DNA of 64,000 nt from NCBI GenBank assembly GCA_949290395.1, contig CASERQ010000002.1:130727-194726 (forward strand). Direction: 5' to 3'. The stretch's first letter is position 1. Every line of letters begins with the position of its first letter. Of the stretch, positions 50,827 to 61,393 are shown one piece after another. The translations under genes were made by a program, and so were the position numbers. Source of the DNA: an uncultured bacterium. GTDB taxonomy: Bacteria; Bacillota_I; Bacilli_A; RFN20; CAG-826. Below the pieces are notes generated by a model, which worked only from the letters and a program-made list of their open reading frames with translations, searched no databases and was not told the origin of the DNA.

Positions 50827-52683
50827 TTATATTAATGATTCGCAAGCTTCCTTTAGATAAGAGAAATCTGCAGCAACTTCCGCGGTTATATTTTCAGAAA
50901 TTTTATCAGCATTTGCTCCATTTGCATGACTTTGTCTAATATTTTCAACAAATTTCATGGCATCACCACTTTCGATTAATTCAAGTTGCTCTTCTGCTCC
51001 AAGCCAAACCGCAATATCAGTAGCTCCGGTCGCTAAAAAAGAGCCATAGGTCACCATTTCAATATCTTTTTCAGATTCTTGAGGATAGTCGCGTCTAAAA
51101 TTCATGCCTTGAACCAATCCACTCATGAATTTTTTAAAAACTTCTTCATTTGTTTTGAGCCAGTTTGTATTAACCGCCCATGTTGATGGCACATATGAAT
51201 CATATAAATGCGTATAATAAGATGCCACCTCAATGTAATCATTTTTATTTTTTAAGAGCTCTGTTGTAACTGGACAAAATGGTACGCAAAAATCATAATT
51301 TTCATTCTGCATTGTTGCCGGAATATTAACATTTCTTACAGTATCAACAAAAATTTCGTTTGCAGGTTCATATACTGATAATCCGTGAGGAATATACTGC
51401 AAATTAAAACCTTTAAACCAAATTTTGTTTGATTCATCTAAAGTCTCATTTATTTTTAAAAGTAAACTAGTGAAGAAAGAATACGCCGTTGAATTCATAT
51501 CTAATGCAACTCGAGCACCTCTTAAAGCCGAAGCTAGTTCTTCGATTGATGATTCAGTATTTAATTGTCCACCTTTTCCATCTTTCCTAGCAATTAACTT
51601 ATCATCATTTGTTAAATTATCGAGTGCAACTAAAGTAATCTTAGGATTTTCAACGAAATAGTTCCAAGCAACACCGTTGCCTAAGAATGAAACATTAATA
51701 TTTCCATTTATTAATTCTTGAACTAATGCTGGCGTGTTACCAATAGTGGTTTCAATATACAGATCTTCATCATCAAAAAATCCTTGTTGAATTGCGCTAT
51801 ATGCGGCACCCGATCCTAAATTAGCTTGCAAACCAACTTTGACTTTATAGTTAGAAATCTCGCCTTCAATTGGCTCTTGAACAATGTGAGCGACAGAAAA
51901 AAAGTAATTATCAATCAAATTAAAATCAAAAAGTGAGAATTTATCGTTTATAGCGCCATATTCATTAAATCCAATAAAATACTGATCAGTATTATTCTTT
52001 TGTGCTGTGTATGCATCATATTCATCATTATAAATCCAAGGAAAAGCTTCATCAGTAAGAACAAGATTTGCCTCTGTTTCCGAAAATATTGGAGAGATAT
52101 ATTTTCCTTCATTTATTCCACTCAAAACTTTTAAAGCCACTTTATTTCCAAACATTCCTAAAGATGCTATGTCAACTGCATCTGTATAGTCTGCTGTCGA
52201 ATTCAAAACAGATGTATCATATTCGCCATTAAAATATAAAGCTTCACTTTCTCTATCATTCCAAAAGCCAAATTTGCCTTTCTCAATTAAATTTTTATCT
52301 TCTTCTGGCAATGGTTCTTCTTCATTATAATCTTCGTTTTCGCTAAATTTAGCAGTTAAAACAATATCTTCATTAATTTTAAAAGTATAATTTGCTTTTT
52401 CACTAACTTTATTTCCATTAACGTAATATCCATCAAAATTATATTTTTCTATTTCGACATAAGATACGGCTACAGAAAGAGTCGAATTTTCTTCATAAAA
52501 TCCATTTTCAGGAGCTGCAACAATAGGTTCAAATCCTGTTGGTACTTCTAATTTAAATTCAAATTCATAACTTAACTTTTCTAAATCCATTGGAGGATAA
52601 TCCTGTGTACAAGATCCTAAAGAAAATAAGGAAATTAAGCATGATAATATTAAAATTGATTTTCTGTTTTTCATAATTGGCAC
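50827..52683 (-). CDS. large lipoprotein: Listeria/Bacteroides-type B-repeat plus C-terminal NMT1/SsuA-like substrate-binding domain
   Basis: Signal peptide with lipobox LGSC; FDGYYVNGNKV...YTF...VLTAKF repeat; C-terminal SBP-like region. Confidence 0.6.
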   Translation of the reverse strand: MPIMKNRKSILILSCLISLFSLGSCTQDYPPMDLEKLSYEFEFKLEVPTGFEPIVAAPENGFYEENSTLSVAVSYVEIEKYNFDGYYVNGNKVSEKANYTFKINEDIVLTAKFSENEDYNEEEPLPEEDKNLIEKGKFGFWNDRESEALYFNGEYDTSVLNSTADYTDAVDIASLGMFGNKVALKVLSGINEGKYISPIFSETEANLVLTDEAFPWIYNDEYDAYTAQKNNTDQYFIGFNEYGAINDKFSLFDFNLIDNYFFSVAHIVQEPIEGEISNYKVKVGLQANLGSGAAYSAIQQGFFDDEDLYIETTIGNTPALVQELINGNINVSFLGNGVAWNYFVENPKITLVALDNLTNDDKLIARKDGKGGQLNTESSIEELASALRGARVALDMNSTAYSFFTSLLLKINETLDESNKIWFKGFNLQYIPHGLSVYEPANEIFVDTVRNVNIPATMQNENYDFCVPFCPVTTELLKNKNDYIEVASYYTHLYDSYVPSTWAVNTNWLKTNEEVFKKFMSGLVQGMNFRRDYPQESEKDIEMVTYGSFLATGATDIAVWLGAEEQLELIESGDAMKFVENIRQSHANGANADKISENITAEVAADFSYLKEACESLI

Positions 52684-52741
52684 CCTATTAAATTATAGTA
52701 GTCAAAACATCTTTAATACATAGATAAATAAATTTGCTGTC

Positions 52742-52772
52742 AAAAAAAGATCTATGCACGTAAACATAGACC
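52742..52772 (-). terminator. rho-independent terminator after the 343-aa lipoprotein gene
   Basis: On the minus strand GGTCTATG-TTTACGTG-CATAGATC (one G-U) followed by TTTTTTT. Confidence 0.7.
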
Positions 52773-52812
52773 TTCAAAATTTATATTATTAATTGTTTTT
52801 AGAGATTTTAGC

Positions 52813-53844
52813 TCAAGCCGTTAAAGAATTAAACTTATTGATGTCTCCAACTGTAAATTTTACATCGTTTGGAACAACACCAAAACCATTCTTTGAAGAG
52901 TTTGTACCTTGTACTCCTTTAATAACACCTGAGTTAAAGCCAAACTTAGCTTGGAATTTATTCGCATCACTTAATTCGCCAGATGTCATTTCATTAAATG
53001 CACTATCTAAATCAGTAAATAAAGTATTAATCCCTTCTTGAAGTAAAGAAATTGTTGATTCATAAACTTCAGGATGTTCTTCTTTAAATTCTTTTTTTAC
53101 AAATAATCCAGCTTGGCAAATATAATCTTTATTCCATTCATCTTTATGCTTTTCTTTAAAAGCTGCATTTAAGTTGATATCTAAAATGTTAGTATTTCCG
53201 TTAGCTTTTAATTTAGATTGTAAAGCAGTATTTGCAGGTTCTGCCACAACTGCCCAATCAATCTTTGTACCTGCAATTTCATAATTTTTCATTGTTAACA
53301 ATGAAGTTTGAAGTTCAGCAATACCATTGAAAGCTTGATCAAAAACCATATCAGAACCATAAATATTTCTAAAAAGAATACCTGGAGTTGATTGAGACAT
53401 GAATCCGTAAATTGTATCGTCATTTGCTGGTACATCTTCTTCAGTTTTATCAAAACCTAAAAGATGGAAATTACCACCAGTTAACATTTGAACAAATTCA
53501 TATTTAGCGTTTTCACCAGCTTTATTTAATAGTTTTTGCGCGTTTGTTGAATCAAAAACAATAAAATCTGAATTGCCGGATGAGAAATAAGCAGGAATTG
53601 TTGTTGCATCTGTTACAGTATTTGCTTCAACTTTCTCAGAAAGTAATAATTTATAAGCTGGTAAGGTTGGTGCGCCAGTTGGAGAAATCAATGAAGGAAT
53701 ATAATTATCTTCTTTTTTATCATCTTCATTTATATCAGGATCTGGACCTGGTCCAACATTTTCTTTCTCTGGTCCACACGAAACTAAACTAATAATGGAA
53801 AAAGCAAATAGAAAAATTGCTCCTTTTCTTAAAAACTTGAACAT
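52813..53844 (-). CDS. substrate-binding lipoprotein (ABC transporter solute-binding-like)
   Basis: Signal peptide with lipobox LVSCG; Pro/Asp-rich linker; periplasmic-binding-like body; sits where pupG lies in B. subtilis ripX-drm-pupG. Confidence 0.55.
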   Translation of the reverse strand: MFKFLRKGAIFLFAFSIISLVSCGPEKENVGPGPDPDINEDDKKEDNYIPSLISPTGAPTLPAYKLLLSEKVEANTVTDATTIPAYFSSGNSDFIVFDSTNAQKLLNKAGENAKYEFVQMLTGGNFHLLGFDKTEEDVPANDDTIYGFMSQSTPGILFRNIYGSDMVFDQAFNGIAELQTSLLTMKNYEIAGTKIDWAVVAEPANTALQSKLKANGNTNILDINLNAAFKEKHKDEWNKDYICQAGLFVKKEFKEEHPEVYESTISLLQEGINTLFTDLDSAFNEMTSGELSDANKFQAKFGFNSGVIKGVQGTNSSKNGFGVVPNDVKFTVGDINKFNSLTA

Positions 53845-53859
53845 TTTGATACCTTCTTT

Positions 53860-55092
53860 CTAGTCGTTAATTATATCACTAATAACTTCACCTATCATTG
53901 TATTTGCTTTTTTAAGGTTGAAGTTATCTAAAATTGTAGCGCCAATATCAGCGAAAGAATTCCTGTCCTTTAATAATTTTCCATTTTTGTAGGATTTAGA
54001 GAAGCAAATTAATGGGACTTGTTCTCTTGTATGGTCTGTTCCAGCCCATGTTGGATCGTTACCATGGTCAGCCGTTACCATAACAAGATCATCTTCTTTT
54101 AAAACATTGATTAAATCTTTAAATTCAGCATCAAAAGTTTCAATGGCTTTTCCATAGCCAATTGGATTTCTTCTATGTCCGTATTCGCTATCGAATTCAA
54201 CAAGATTAACAAAGCATAAACCTTCTTTAAATTCATCACCTTTAGCAATGGCCAATGTTTTTGCCATTCCATCACTATTAGAAGATGTATGGACAGTTTC
54301 ACTTACACCACTTCCATTAAAAATATCGTTAATCTTGCCAACACAAGAAACATCATATCCATTATCTTTTAGAATGTTCATGGCCGTAATTCCACTTGGA
54401 GAAACTGCATAGTCGTGTCTATTTGAAGTTCTCTTAAATGTATCTGCTGTTTCACCAATATAAGGTCTAGCAATAACTCGTCCAACAAACCACTCAGGTT
54501 TCATACATAATTTACGAGCAATTTCGCAGCACCTATAAAGTTCATCAAGACCTAAATATTTTTCATGGCCACAGATTTGTAAAACTGAATCGCTGCTTGT
54601 ATAAACAATTAAACTATTAGTTTTGATTTGTTCTTCTCCAAGTTCACGTAAAATTTCGGTGCCACTTGCAGCTTTATTACCAATCACTTTGTGACCAGTT
54701 TCTTTTTCAAGAGCATCAATTAAATCATTGGGAAAACCAGTATCAGTAAATGTTTTAAATGGTTTTGTAGTTAAAATACCCATCATTTCCCAGTGGCCAG
54801 TCATTGTATCTTTGCCATTACTTGATTCATTTAAGCGAGTGACGTATGAATTTGGGTGATTATTAACCACTTTAACACCCTTAATATCACAAAGTTCACC
54901 TAAACCAAGACTTTCAAGAGTTGGCAATTTTAAACCATTTTCAAAATTTTCAGAGATATGTTTCCAGGTATTAGCTCCTTTATCACTCACTCCTCCAACT
55001 TGCCCAAATTTTTCAGCATCTTTAGCGTTTCCAATTCCTACGCTATCCATAACAATAACAAATATTCTTTTAAATTTTTTCATATATATCAA
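53860..55092 (-). CDS. deoB: phosphopentomutase
   Basis: Alkaline-phosphatase superfamily; metal ligands (DHGNDP, TADHG context); about 400 aa. Confidence 0.9.
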   Translation of the reverse strand: MIYMKKFKRIFVIVMDSVGIGNAKDAEKFGQVGGVSDKGANTWKHISENFENGLKLPTLESLGLGELCDIKGVKVVNNHPNSYVTRLNESSNGKDTMTGHWEMMGILTTKPFKTFTDTGFPNDLIDALEKETGHKVIGNKAASGTEILRELGEEQIKTNSLIVYTSSDSVLQICGHEKYLGLDELYRCCEIARKLCMKPEWFVGRVIARPYIGETADTFKRTSNRHDYAVSPSGITAMNILKDNGYDVSCVGKINDIFNGSGVSETVHTSSNSDGMAKTLAIAKGDEFKEGLCFVNLVEFDSEYGHRRNPIGYGKAIETFDAEFKDLINVLKEDDLVMVTADHGNDPTWAGTDHTREQVPLICFSKSYKNGKLLKDRNSFADIGATILDNFNLKKANTMIGEVISDIIND

Positions 55093-55111
55093 TTCCTTTT
55101 AAAATTATAAA

Positions 55112-55996
55112 TTAGTTATCGTTCCAAAACAAATCATACGATTCGACAATAGTTTTTGGTGTAATATGAGTATAAATTTGAGTGGTTCCTACATTTGTAT
55201 GGCCAAGTAATTCTTGAACAATTCTTAAGCTTGCACCATTATCAAGAAGATGAGTCGCAAAACTATGTCTTAAAGTATGAGGATGAATTGGTTTATCAAT
55301 TTCAGCTTTTTTTGCTGCATTGACGACAATGTTATAAACTGTTTGCCTTGTTATTTTATTCCCATTTTGTCCGATGAAAACAGCATTTTTATCAATTACA
55401 AGGTGTTTATTTCTAACTTCATAAATATAAATTCTTAAAGCTTTAAGAGCTGATTCACGAATCGGAACAATTCTTTCTTTTTTGCCTTTTCCTAAAATAC
55501 GTAAGATTCTTTCTTGCTCATTAATTTGCTTAAGTTCTAAATTTACAAGTTCGCTAACTCTTAGTCCACAAGAATACATTACTTCTAAAATTGCAAAATC
55601 CCTTTTACCTATATCAGTAGTTCTGTCGGGTGCTTTTAGCAATTTTCTTACTTCTTCAACACTTAAAACTGACGGAAGAGTTTTTTCTAGTTTCGGCTTT
55701 GAAATTTCTTCTGTAAGAAGCCCCTTTTTGATGCCTTCAGATTCTAGAAAAACAAAGAAATTTTTAATTGTTGATAAGCGTCTTGATAAAGTATTTGTTG
55801 CTCTTCCGTTCATCGCTTGATCATATGTAAAATCATTTAAATCACTAGGACTTAAATCATCAACATTGCTTTTTTTAGGAAAATTAATTAAAAATTGCTT
55901 AAAATCGTCCTTATAATCAATGATTGTTTGATTAGTCAATCCTTTTTCAAAACGACAATATTGAAGAAAATTTTCAAAAGCATCAACTAGTTTCAT
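55112..55996 (-). CDS. xerD: tyrosine site-specific recombinase XerD/RipX
   Basis: R...K...HxxR...Y catalytic set (LRVSEL, HTLRHSFATHLL, GHTNVGTTQIYTH); xerD-deoB synteny. Confidence 0.85.
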   Translation of the reverse strand: MKLVDAFENFLQYCRFEKGLTNQTIIDYKDDFKQFLINFPKKSNVDDLSPSDLNDFTYDQAMNGRATNTLSRRLSTIKNFFVFLESEGIKKGLLTEEISKPKLEKTLPSVLSVEEVRKLLKAPDRTTDIGKRDFAILEVMYSCGLRVSELVNLELKQINEQERILRILGKGKKERIVPIRESALKALRIYIYEVRNKHLVIDKNAVFIGQNGNKITRQTVYNIVVNAAKKAEIDKPIHPHTLRHSFATHLLDNGASLRIVQELLGHTNVGTTQIYTHITPKTIVESYDLFWNDN

Positions 55997-57195
55997 TTCT
56001 TGTTGTCCTTTAAATCACTAAGCCTAAAAAATATAGGTTTTTTAGCTTTTCGATTTAGTTCATTTATTAAAAGAACAGTTTTATTTTCGTTTTCATGTCT
56101 TTCAAAATTATCAAAAGTCATTTGTACAACAACATCATGTTTGTCTTTTAAATTTTTAAGAGTAAAACCAATTAATCTAATTTCGTCATTATTGTAGGTT
56201 TTATCAAATAATTTTAGACCTTCTTTGTAAATTTCTTCTTTTGAATCGGTGTAATTGTCAAAACTCTTAGATACAGTCGATGTTTTAAAACCACTATCAC
56301 AATCTGCATTTTTGTAAGTTATTTGGATTGTTTTGCATAATTTTCCTGATTTTTTAAATTCATCTAACACCATATTTATTAAGTTAATTAGAAAATTGCG
56401 TATATAAAACTTATCATTAGTATCGAAATCTAATGTTCTAGTCATACCCATTGATTTAGGATCATATGGACCAACAACTATTTCATCACTGCTATTTCCT
56501 TCAAGTTCCGCTATAAGATCATCACGCATTGAACCGAAGAAATTTGATAAAGCTTCATCGTTATTTTTTAAACCAAAATATAAATCTCCTATGGTTTTAT
56601 ACCCTGCTCTTTCTATTTTTGGAGCGCTTTTTTTACCAATTCCGAATAAATCTTTAACAGGTAAGGGAAAAATTATATTTTCGATATCTTTTTTTCTAAT
56701 TATAGTAATTCCCATTGGTTTTTTATAATCAGAACCCATTTTCGCTAAAAATTTAGTAGGTGCAATACCTATTGAGCACTTTAAGCCAGTTTCATTAAAC
56801 AAACGATTTTGAAGTTCATCGAAAAAAGCTAATGGATTCGTTATTCTTTTCTTTAAAAAATAATCAGAAAAATCACAAAAACATTCATCTATCGACATTT
56901 GTTCAACTTTAAGTGTATATTTTTTAATAAAATTGATGAATTCTTTAGACATCAATTCATAATATTTATAATCACCAGGTAAAATAATCAAATTTTTTGA
57001 AAGCATTTTTGCTTGAAAAGTAGGCATTCCAGAATGAATACCATATTTTCTAGCCTCATAAGAGCATGTCGAAATAATTCCTTTTCTTCCATCGCCACCT
57101 ACAGCAACAGGTTTGCCAATCAAAGATGGGTTCTTAAGCTCTTCACACCTTACAAAGAATTGATTTAAATCTATATGGACGATTATTTTCGACAT
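55993..57195 (-). CDS. dinB: DNA polymerase IV (Y-family)
   Basis: IVHIDLNQFFV N-terminus; SIDECF; little-finger domain. Confidence 0.88.
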   Translation of the reverse strand: MSKIIVHIDLNQFFVRCEELKNPSLIGKPVAVGGDGRKGIISTCSYEARKYGIHSGMPTFQAKMLSKNLIILPGDYKYYELMSKEFINFIKKYTLKVEQMSIDECFCDFSDYFLKKRITNPLAFFDELQNRLFNETGLKCSIGIAPTKFLAKMGSDYKKPMGITIIRKKDIENIIFPLPVKDLFGIGKKSAPKIERAGYKTIGDLYFGLKNNDEALSNFFGSMRDDLIAELEGNSSDEIVVGPYDPKSMGMTRTLDFDTNDKFYIRNFLINLINMVLDEFKKSGKLCKTIQITYKNADCDSGFKTSTVSKSFDNYTDSKEEIYKEGLKLFDKTYNNDEIRLIGFTLKNLKDKHDVVVQMTFDNFERHENENKTVLLINELNRKAKKPIFFRLSDLKDNKK

Positions 57196-57246
57196 ATTAA
57201 TACTAAAAATAAACTAATATTTCACCAATTATATACTTATAATATA

Positions 57247-57444
57247 CTAATCATTATTTTTTTGTATATTTTCAATCTTTTCTTTTGCATCCTTAATGGT
57301 TTGCTCAAGTTCGTTTATTAATTTAGTTCCTTCGAGATAGTATTTTAAATTATCATCCAAGTTTAAATCGCCACTATCGATTTTTCTAACTATATCTTCG
57401 AGTTTATTCATCTTTTCCTCAAAGGTCAATTCTTTCTTTTCCAT
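57247..57444 (-). CDS. xseB: exodeoxyribonuclease VII small subunit
   Basis: 65 aa helical protein; FEEKMNKLEDIVRKIDSGDLNLDD. Confidence 0.9.
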   Translation of the reverse strand: MEKKELTFEEKMNKLEDIVRKIDSGDLNLDDNLKYYLEGTKLINELEQTIKDAKEKIENIQKNND

Positions 57445-58649
57445 TATTCAACTCCTTTTACTTCACTGATAATATAGCCATCAGATGTCTTTACTTTTAG
57501 TTCTTCCTTAATTGAAACATCCTTAATGGACGAAACTACTTTATTGTCTTTATTAAGTAAAATAGAATATCCTTTTTTAAGCAAATTATCTGGGTTTAAG
57601 AATTCCAATGTATTCTTAATATTTTTGACTTTAGATTCTTCATAAGTAATTTTATTTTCAAGTCTAACCTTTAGTATATTTTTAAAGCCATTTAGTTTTT
57701 CTAAATAATTGTCATATGAAGAATCTAAATTTTGAAAATATTTTTTATTCTTAAAATATAAAAGCTTATTTTCTAGAGAAATAATTTTATTGTGAACTAA
57801 TGAATTTAGATAATTTCTTTCTTGTTCAAGATCATAATAAACGCTTTCGATATCAGGAACAGCAATTTCTGCAGCGCCCGTTGGTGTCGATGCATATTTA
57901 TCAGCCACTAAATCGCATAAAGTTTGATTTATTTCATGACCAACGGCACTAATAATAGGAGTTTTTAAATCATAAATGCATCTAACTAGTTCTTCATCAT
58001 CAAAAGCATTTAAATCTTCACTAGCTCCACCGCCTCTTCCAATTATTATCAAGTCATATTGCTTTTCATCAGCAATTGTTAAATTTTTAATTAAATCTTT
58101 AGCCGCGTTTTCTCCTTGAACTAAAGAATACAATATATCAACATTAGTTAAAGGAAATCTTCTTTTAATATTAAATTCAAAATCTAACGCGGCCGCACTA
58201 TTTTTGCCAGTAATAACTGCGATATGAAGTGGAAATTTAGGCAGATCCTTTTTATGTTCAATAGCAAAAATCCCTTCTTGGAAAAGTTTCTTTTTTAAAA
58301 TTTCTTTTTTAATGAAATTTTCTCCGATTCCAAAAAGAGATATTGTTTTACAAATTATTTGATAAGTTCCACTAGGTGGATATGAACTAATAGACCCATA
58401 AACTAAGACCTCATCACCGTTCTTTGGTTCAAAATCAAGAGAATATGAATCAAATTTAAACAAAACTGCATTTATGGAACATTTACTATCTTTCAAGGTA
58501 AAATAAATATGGCCAGACTTGTTTCTTCCTTTATAATTTGAAATTTCACCCTTCAAATAAATGTTCTTTAAAGTATTAGTATTATCAAATAATACTTTAA
58601 TGTAATCATTAATTTGACTAATCGAGTAATAAATTAATTCCTTTTCCAT
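57444..58649 (-). CDS. xseA: exodeoxyribonuclease VII large subunit
   Basis: N-terminal OB fold plus catalytic domain; overlaps the xseB start. Confidence 0.9.
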   Translation of the reverse strand: MEKELIYYSISQINDYIKVLFDNTNTLKNIYLKGEISNYKGRNKSGHIYFTLKDSKCSINAVLFKFDSYSLDFEPKNGDEVLVYGSISSYPPSGTYQIICKTISLFGIGENFIKKEILKKKLFQEGIFAIEHKKDLPKFPLHIAVITGKNSAAALDFEFNIKRRFPLTNVDILYSLVQGENAAKDLIKNLTIADEKQYDLIIIGRGGGASEDLNAFDDEELVRCIYDLKTPIISAVGHEINQTLCDLVADKYASTPTGAAEIAVPDIESVYYDLEQERNYLNSLVHNKIISLENKLLYFKNKKYFQNLDSSYDNYLEKLNGFKNILKVRLENKITYEESKVKNIKNTLEFLNPDNLLKKGYSILLNKDNKVVSSIKDVSIKEELKVKTSDGYIISEVKGVE

Positions 58650-59067
58650 TTAAGCATTTGTCCAATATAGCATTAACAAACTTATAGTCCTTTTCACCGC
58701 CATCACCGAACTTTTTAGCAAATTTAACTGCGTTATTAATAATAACTGCTTTATCAGTTTCTAAATCTTCAATAAAATATTCAACAGCCGATGTGATTAA
58801 AATTGCTTGAATTGTTGTATTTAAACGATCAAAAGTCCAATTAATTAAAAAGCGTGAAATATATTCAATAATCTTAGATTGATTTTTTAAAGATTTAATT
58901 AAGACTTCTTTTAAATAAACATCACAATCAGCATAAGGAAGTTTACATACTTCTTCGACAGCAACCTCGAAATTAATTGGTATATTATTCTTTTCTAACA
59001 TCAAAAAAGAATACATAAGTTGAACTATAAGTTCTTGGCTCTTATTACGTGTAATTTCTTGTTCCAT
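58618..59067 (-). CDS. nusB: transcription antitermination factor NusB
   Basis: 149 aa all-helical; conserved asp23-nusB-xseA-xseB order. Confidence 0.85.
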   Translation of the reverse strand: MEQEITRNKSQELIVQLMYSFLMLEKNNIPINFEVAVEEVCKLPYADCDVYLKEVLIKSLKNQSKIIEYISRFLINWTFDRLNTTIQAILITSAVEYFIEDLETDKAVIINNAVKFAKKFGDGGEKDYKFVNAILDKCLNGKGINLLLD

Positions 59068-59071
59068 TCTT

Positions 59072-59392
59072 TTAAGCTTTCTTTTCTACTAATTTAACAG
59101 ATACTTCATATGGAATTGAATCACACATAAAGTTCATAACATTTCCCAAATGTTCTAAAAATTGTTGTTTAGCTTCATCCTTATTAGCATTATTTGCAAG
59201 TTTAGAAGTAAGTTTAAATGTAGCAATCTTACCATTATTTTTAGTCGAAACTAAAATATCGGTATCTTTATCAACTTCAATAAGATCACATTTATCCAAG
59301 GCTTTCTCAGCAAGAAATTTAAAAACTTTTGTAGAGATTCCTAAACGAACTGAAGATTTTCTAATATTGTTTACAAAAACATATTTAGTCAT
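59072..59392 (-). CDS. Asp23/Gls24-family alkaline shock protein (YqhY-like)
   Basis: 106 aa; family-typical position upstream of nusB. Confidence 0.75.
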   Translation of the reverse strand: MTKYVFVNNIRKSSVRLGISTKVFKFLAEKALDKCDLIEVDKDTDILVSTKNNGKIATFKLTSKLANNANKDEAKQQFLEHLGNVMNFMCDSIPYEVSVKLVEKKA

Positions 59393-59404
59393 ACTTTTTT
59401 CTCC

Positions 59405-61393
59405 TTAAAGCATTAAATTTTCGACTTCTCTAGCAATTTTTCTAGCTGTAAAGCCAAAATTATTAATTACGTCATCAGCTTTCTCACTTAAACCAAATTC
59501 ATCAATACCAATAACGTTTTTAGCATATTTATGTAAGCCATAAGTTGTGCTCATTTCAATAAAGACTCTCTTTTCGTATCTATCACCTAAAACTTTAAAT
59601 TGATATTCTTTGCTTTGATTATCAAAAAGTTCTGTTGAAGGCATAGAAACCACTCTTATACTATAACCTTTATCTTCTAAAATCTTTTTAACTTCAAGAG
59701 CTAAAGAAACTTCGCTTCCTGAAGCAATAAGTGTGAAATTAAGATTTCTCTTAGCTTCTTTTCCGACTATATAACCACCTTTTTTAGCTAATTCAGTATC
59801 ACTTTCATCTAATAAAGGTAAATCTTGTCTTGAAAGAATGATTGCAGATGGTGTTGTTAAGCTTGAGAAAGCAACTTGATAAGCAGCAAATACTTCACGA
59901 GCATCAGCAGGTCTAAAGACATTTAAATTTGGAATAGAACGAAGCATTGCAAGTTGTTCAATTGGTTGATGTGTTGGACCATCTTCTCCAACCGCAATTG
60001 AATCGTGACTGAATAAATAAATATTAGGCAACTTTTCTAATGCACTCATTCTAATTGCGGCCTTACAGTAATCTGCAAATACCATGAATGAACCAACATA
60101 TGGTCTTAAACCACCATGGAGTAAAATACCATTTGCTGCACTAGACATGAAGAATTCTCTAATTCCCCAATTAATGTTTTTGCCATTTCTATTTTTAGGT
60201 GTCCAATCGCCACCTTCTTTTAAAGCAGTTTTAACACTTCCTGCAACGTCGGCTGATCCACCAAATGTATTAGGTAATAATTTTGCAAATAAGTTAAGAA
60301 TTTCTCCTGAAATATTTCTTGTTGAGTTTTTCTTTAAAATTGATTCTGGTAAAGGAATATTCTTTATGTAAGAAGAAACATCATTTGTACTTAATTGCAT
60401 GACTTCTTTAAATAAACTAGTGTTAGTTCTTTGAAGTTTATTTAATTCGTTTTGATACTCGGTGTAAGCATCTTCGCCTCTTTTAATGAAGGTACTTTTG
60501 AAATTTTCGTAAACTTCACTAGGAATTTCAAATGGTGGGTAATCATAACCATAAGAAAGTTTTGTATTTCTACCATCTTCTTCACCAAGAGGTGCACCGT
60601 GAACCTTTGAAGTTCCTTCGTTTTTTGAACCTAAGCCAATAATAGTATTAAAAATAACAACAGTTGGTGCATTTTTAAACTTTTTAGCATAAGCAATTGC
60701 TTTTTTAATTTTTCTATAGGAATTTCCTTTTTTGCAGTAAACAACATTCCAGTTTGCTGCAAGGAATCTATTAATAACATCTTCATCACTAGATTGTGAT
60801 AATGGACCATCCAAAGTAACATTGTTTTTATCATAAAGAAGGATGAGTTTATTTAGCTTATTTAAACCAGCAAAAGAGATAGCTTCTTGCGAAATCCCTT
60901 CTTCCAAACATCCGTCTCCACATAAGCAATATGTATAGTGATTATAAATATTTTTACCATACATAGCTTGAAGTTTAGTTTCTGCCATCGCCATACCAAC
61001 AGCTTGAGCAATTCCTTGTCCTAAAGGCCCGCTTCCTGCATCAATTCCATCTGTTAGTCCGTATTCTGGATGTCCTGGAGTTAAAGAATTGAATTGTCTA
61101 AAAGATTTTAAGTCATCGATTTTAACGTTATATCCACAAAGATGAAGAATTGTGTAATATAACATGCTTCCATGACCACAACTCATTACAAAACGATCTC
61201 TATTGATCCATTTTGATTGATATGGGTTAGAAACTAAATAATCTTTAAAAAGAGTATAGACAATTGGTGCTGCGCTAATACACATACCAGGATGCCCGCT
61301 TTTAGCTTTGTTAATTCCATCAATACAAGTAGCTCTTATTGCAGCTATTGAAAGGTCATCGATATTTTTAAAATTATTAACTTTTTTAGTCAT
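59405..61393 (-). CDS. tkt: transketolase
   Basis: TPP-binding GHPGMCISAAP and GDGCLEEG motifs; 662 aa. Confidence 0.95.
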   Translation of the reverse strand: MTKKVNNFKNIDDLSIAAIRATCIDGINKAKSGHPGMCISAAPIVYTLFKDYLVSNPYQSKWINRDRFVMSCGHGSMLYYTILHLCGYNVKIDDLKSFRQFNSLTPGHPEYGLTDGIDAGSGPLGQGIAQAVGMAMAETKLQAMYGKNIYNHYTYCLCGDGCLEEGISQEAISFAGLNKLNKLILLYDKNNVTLDGPLSQSSDEDVINRFLAANWNVVYCKKGNSYRKIKKAIAYAKKFKNAPTVVIFNTIIGLGSKNEGTSKVHGAPLGEEDGRNTKLSYGYDYPPFEIPSEVYENFKSTFIKRGEDAYTEYQNELNKLQRTNTSLFKEVMQLSTNDVSSYIKNIPLPESILKKNSTRNISGEILNLFAKLLPNTFGGSADVAGSVKTALKEGGDWTPKNRNGKNINWGIREFFMSSAANGILLHGGLRPYVGSFMVFADYCKAAIRMSALEKLPNIYLFSHDSIAVGEDGPTHQPIEQLAMLRSIPNLNVFRPADAREVFAAYQVAFSSLTTPSAIILSRQDLPLLDESDTELAKKGGYIVGKEAKRNLNFTLIASGSEVSLALEVKKILEDKGYSIRVVSMPSTELFDNQSKEYQFKVLGDRYEKRVFIEMSTTYGLHKYAKNVIGIDEFGLSEKADDVINNFGFTARKIAREVENLML

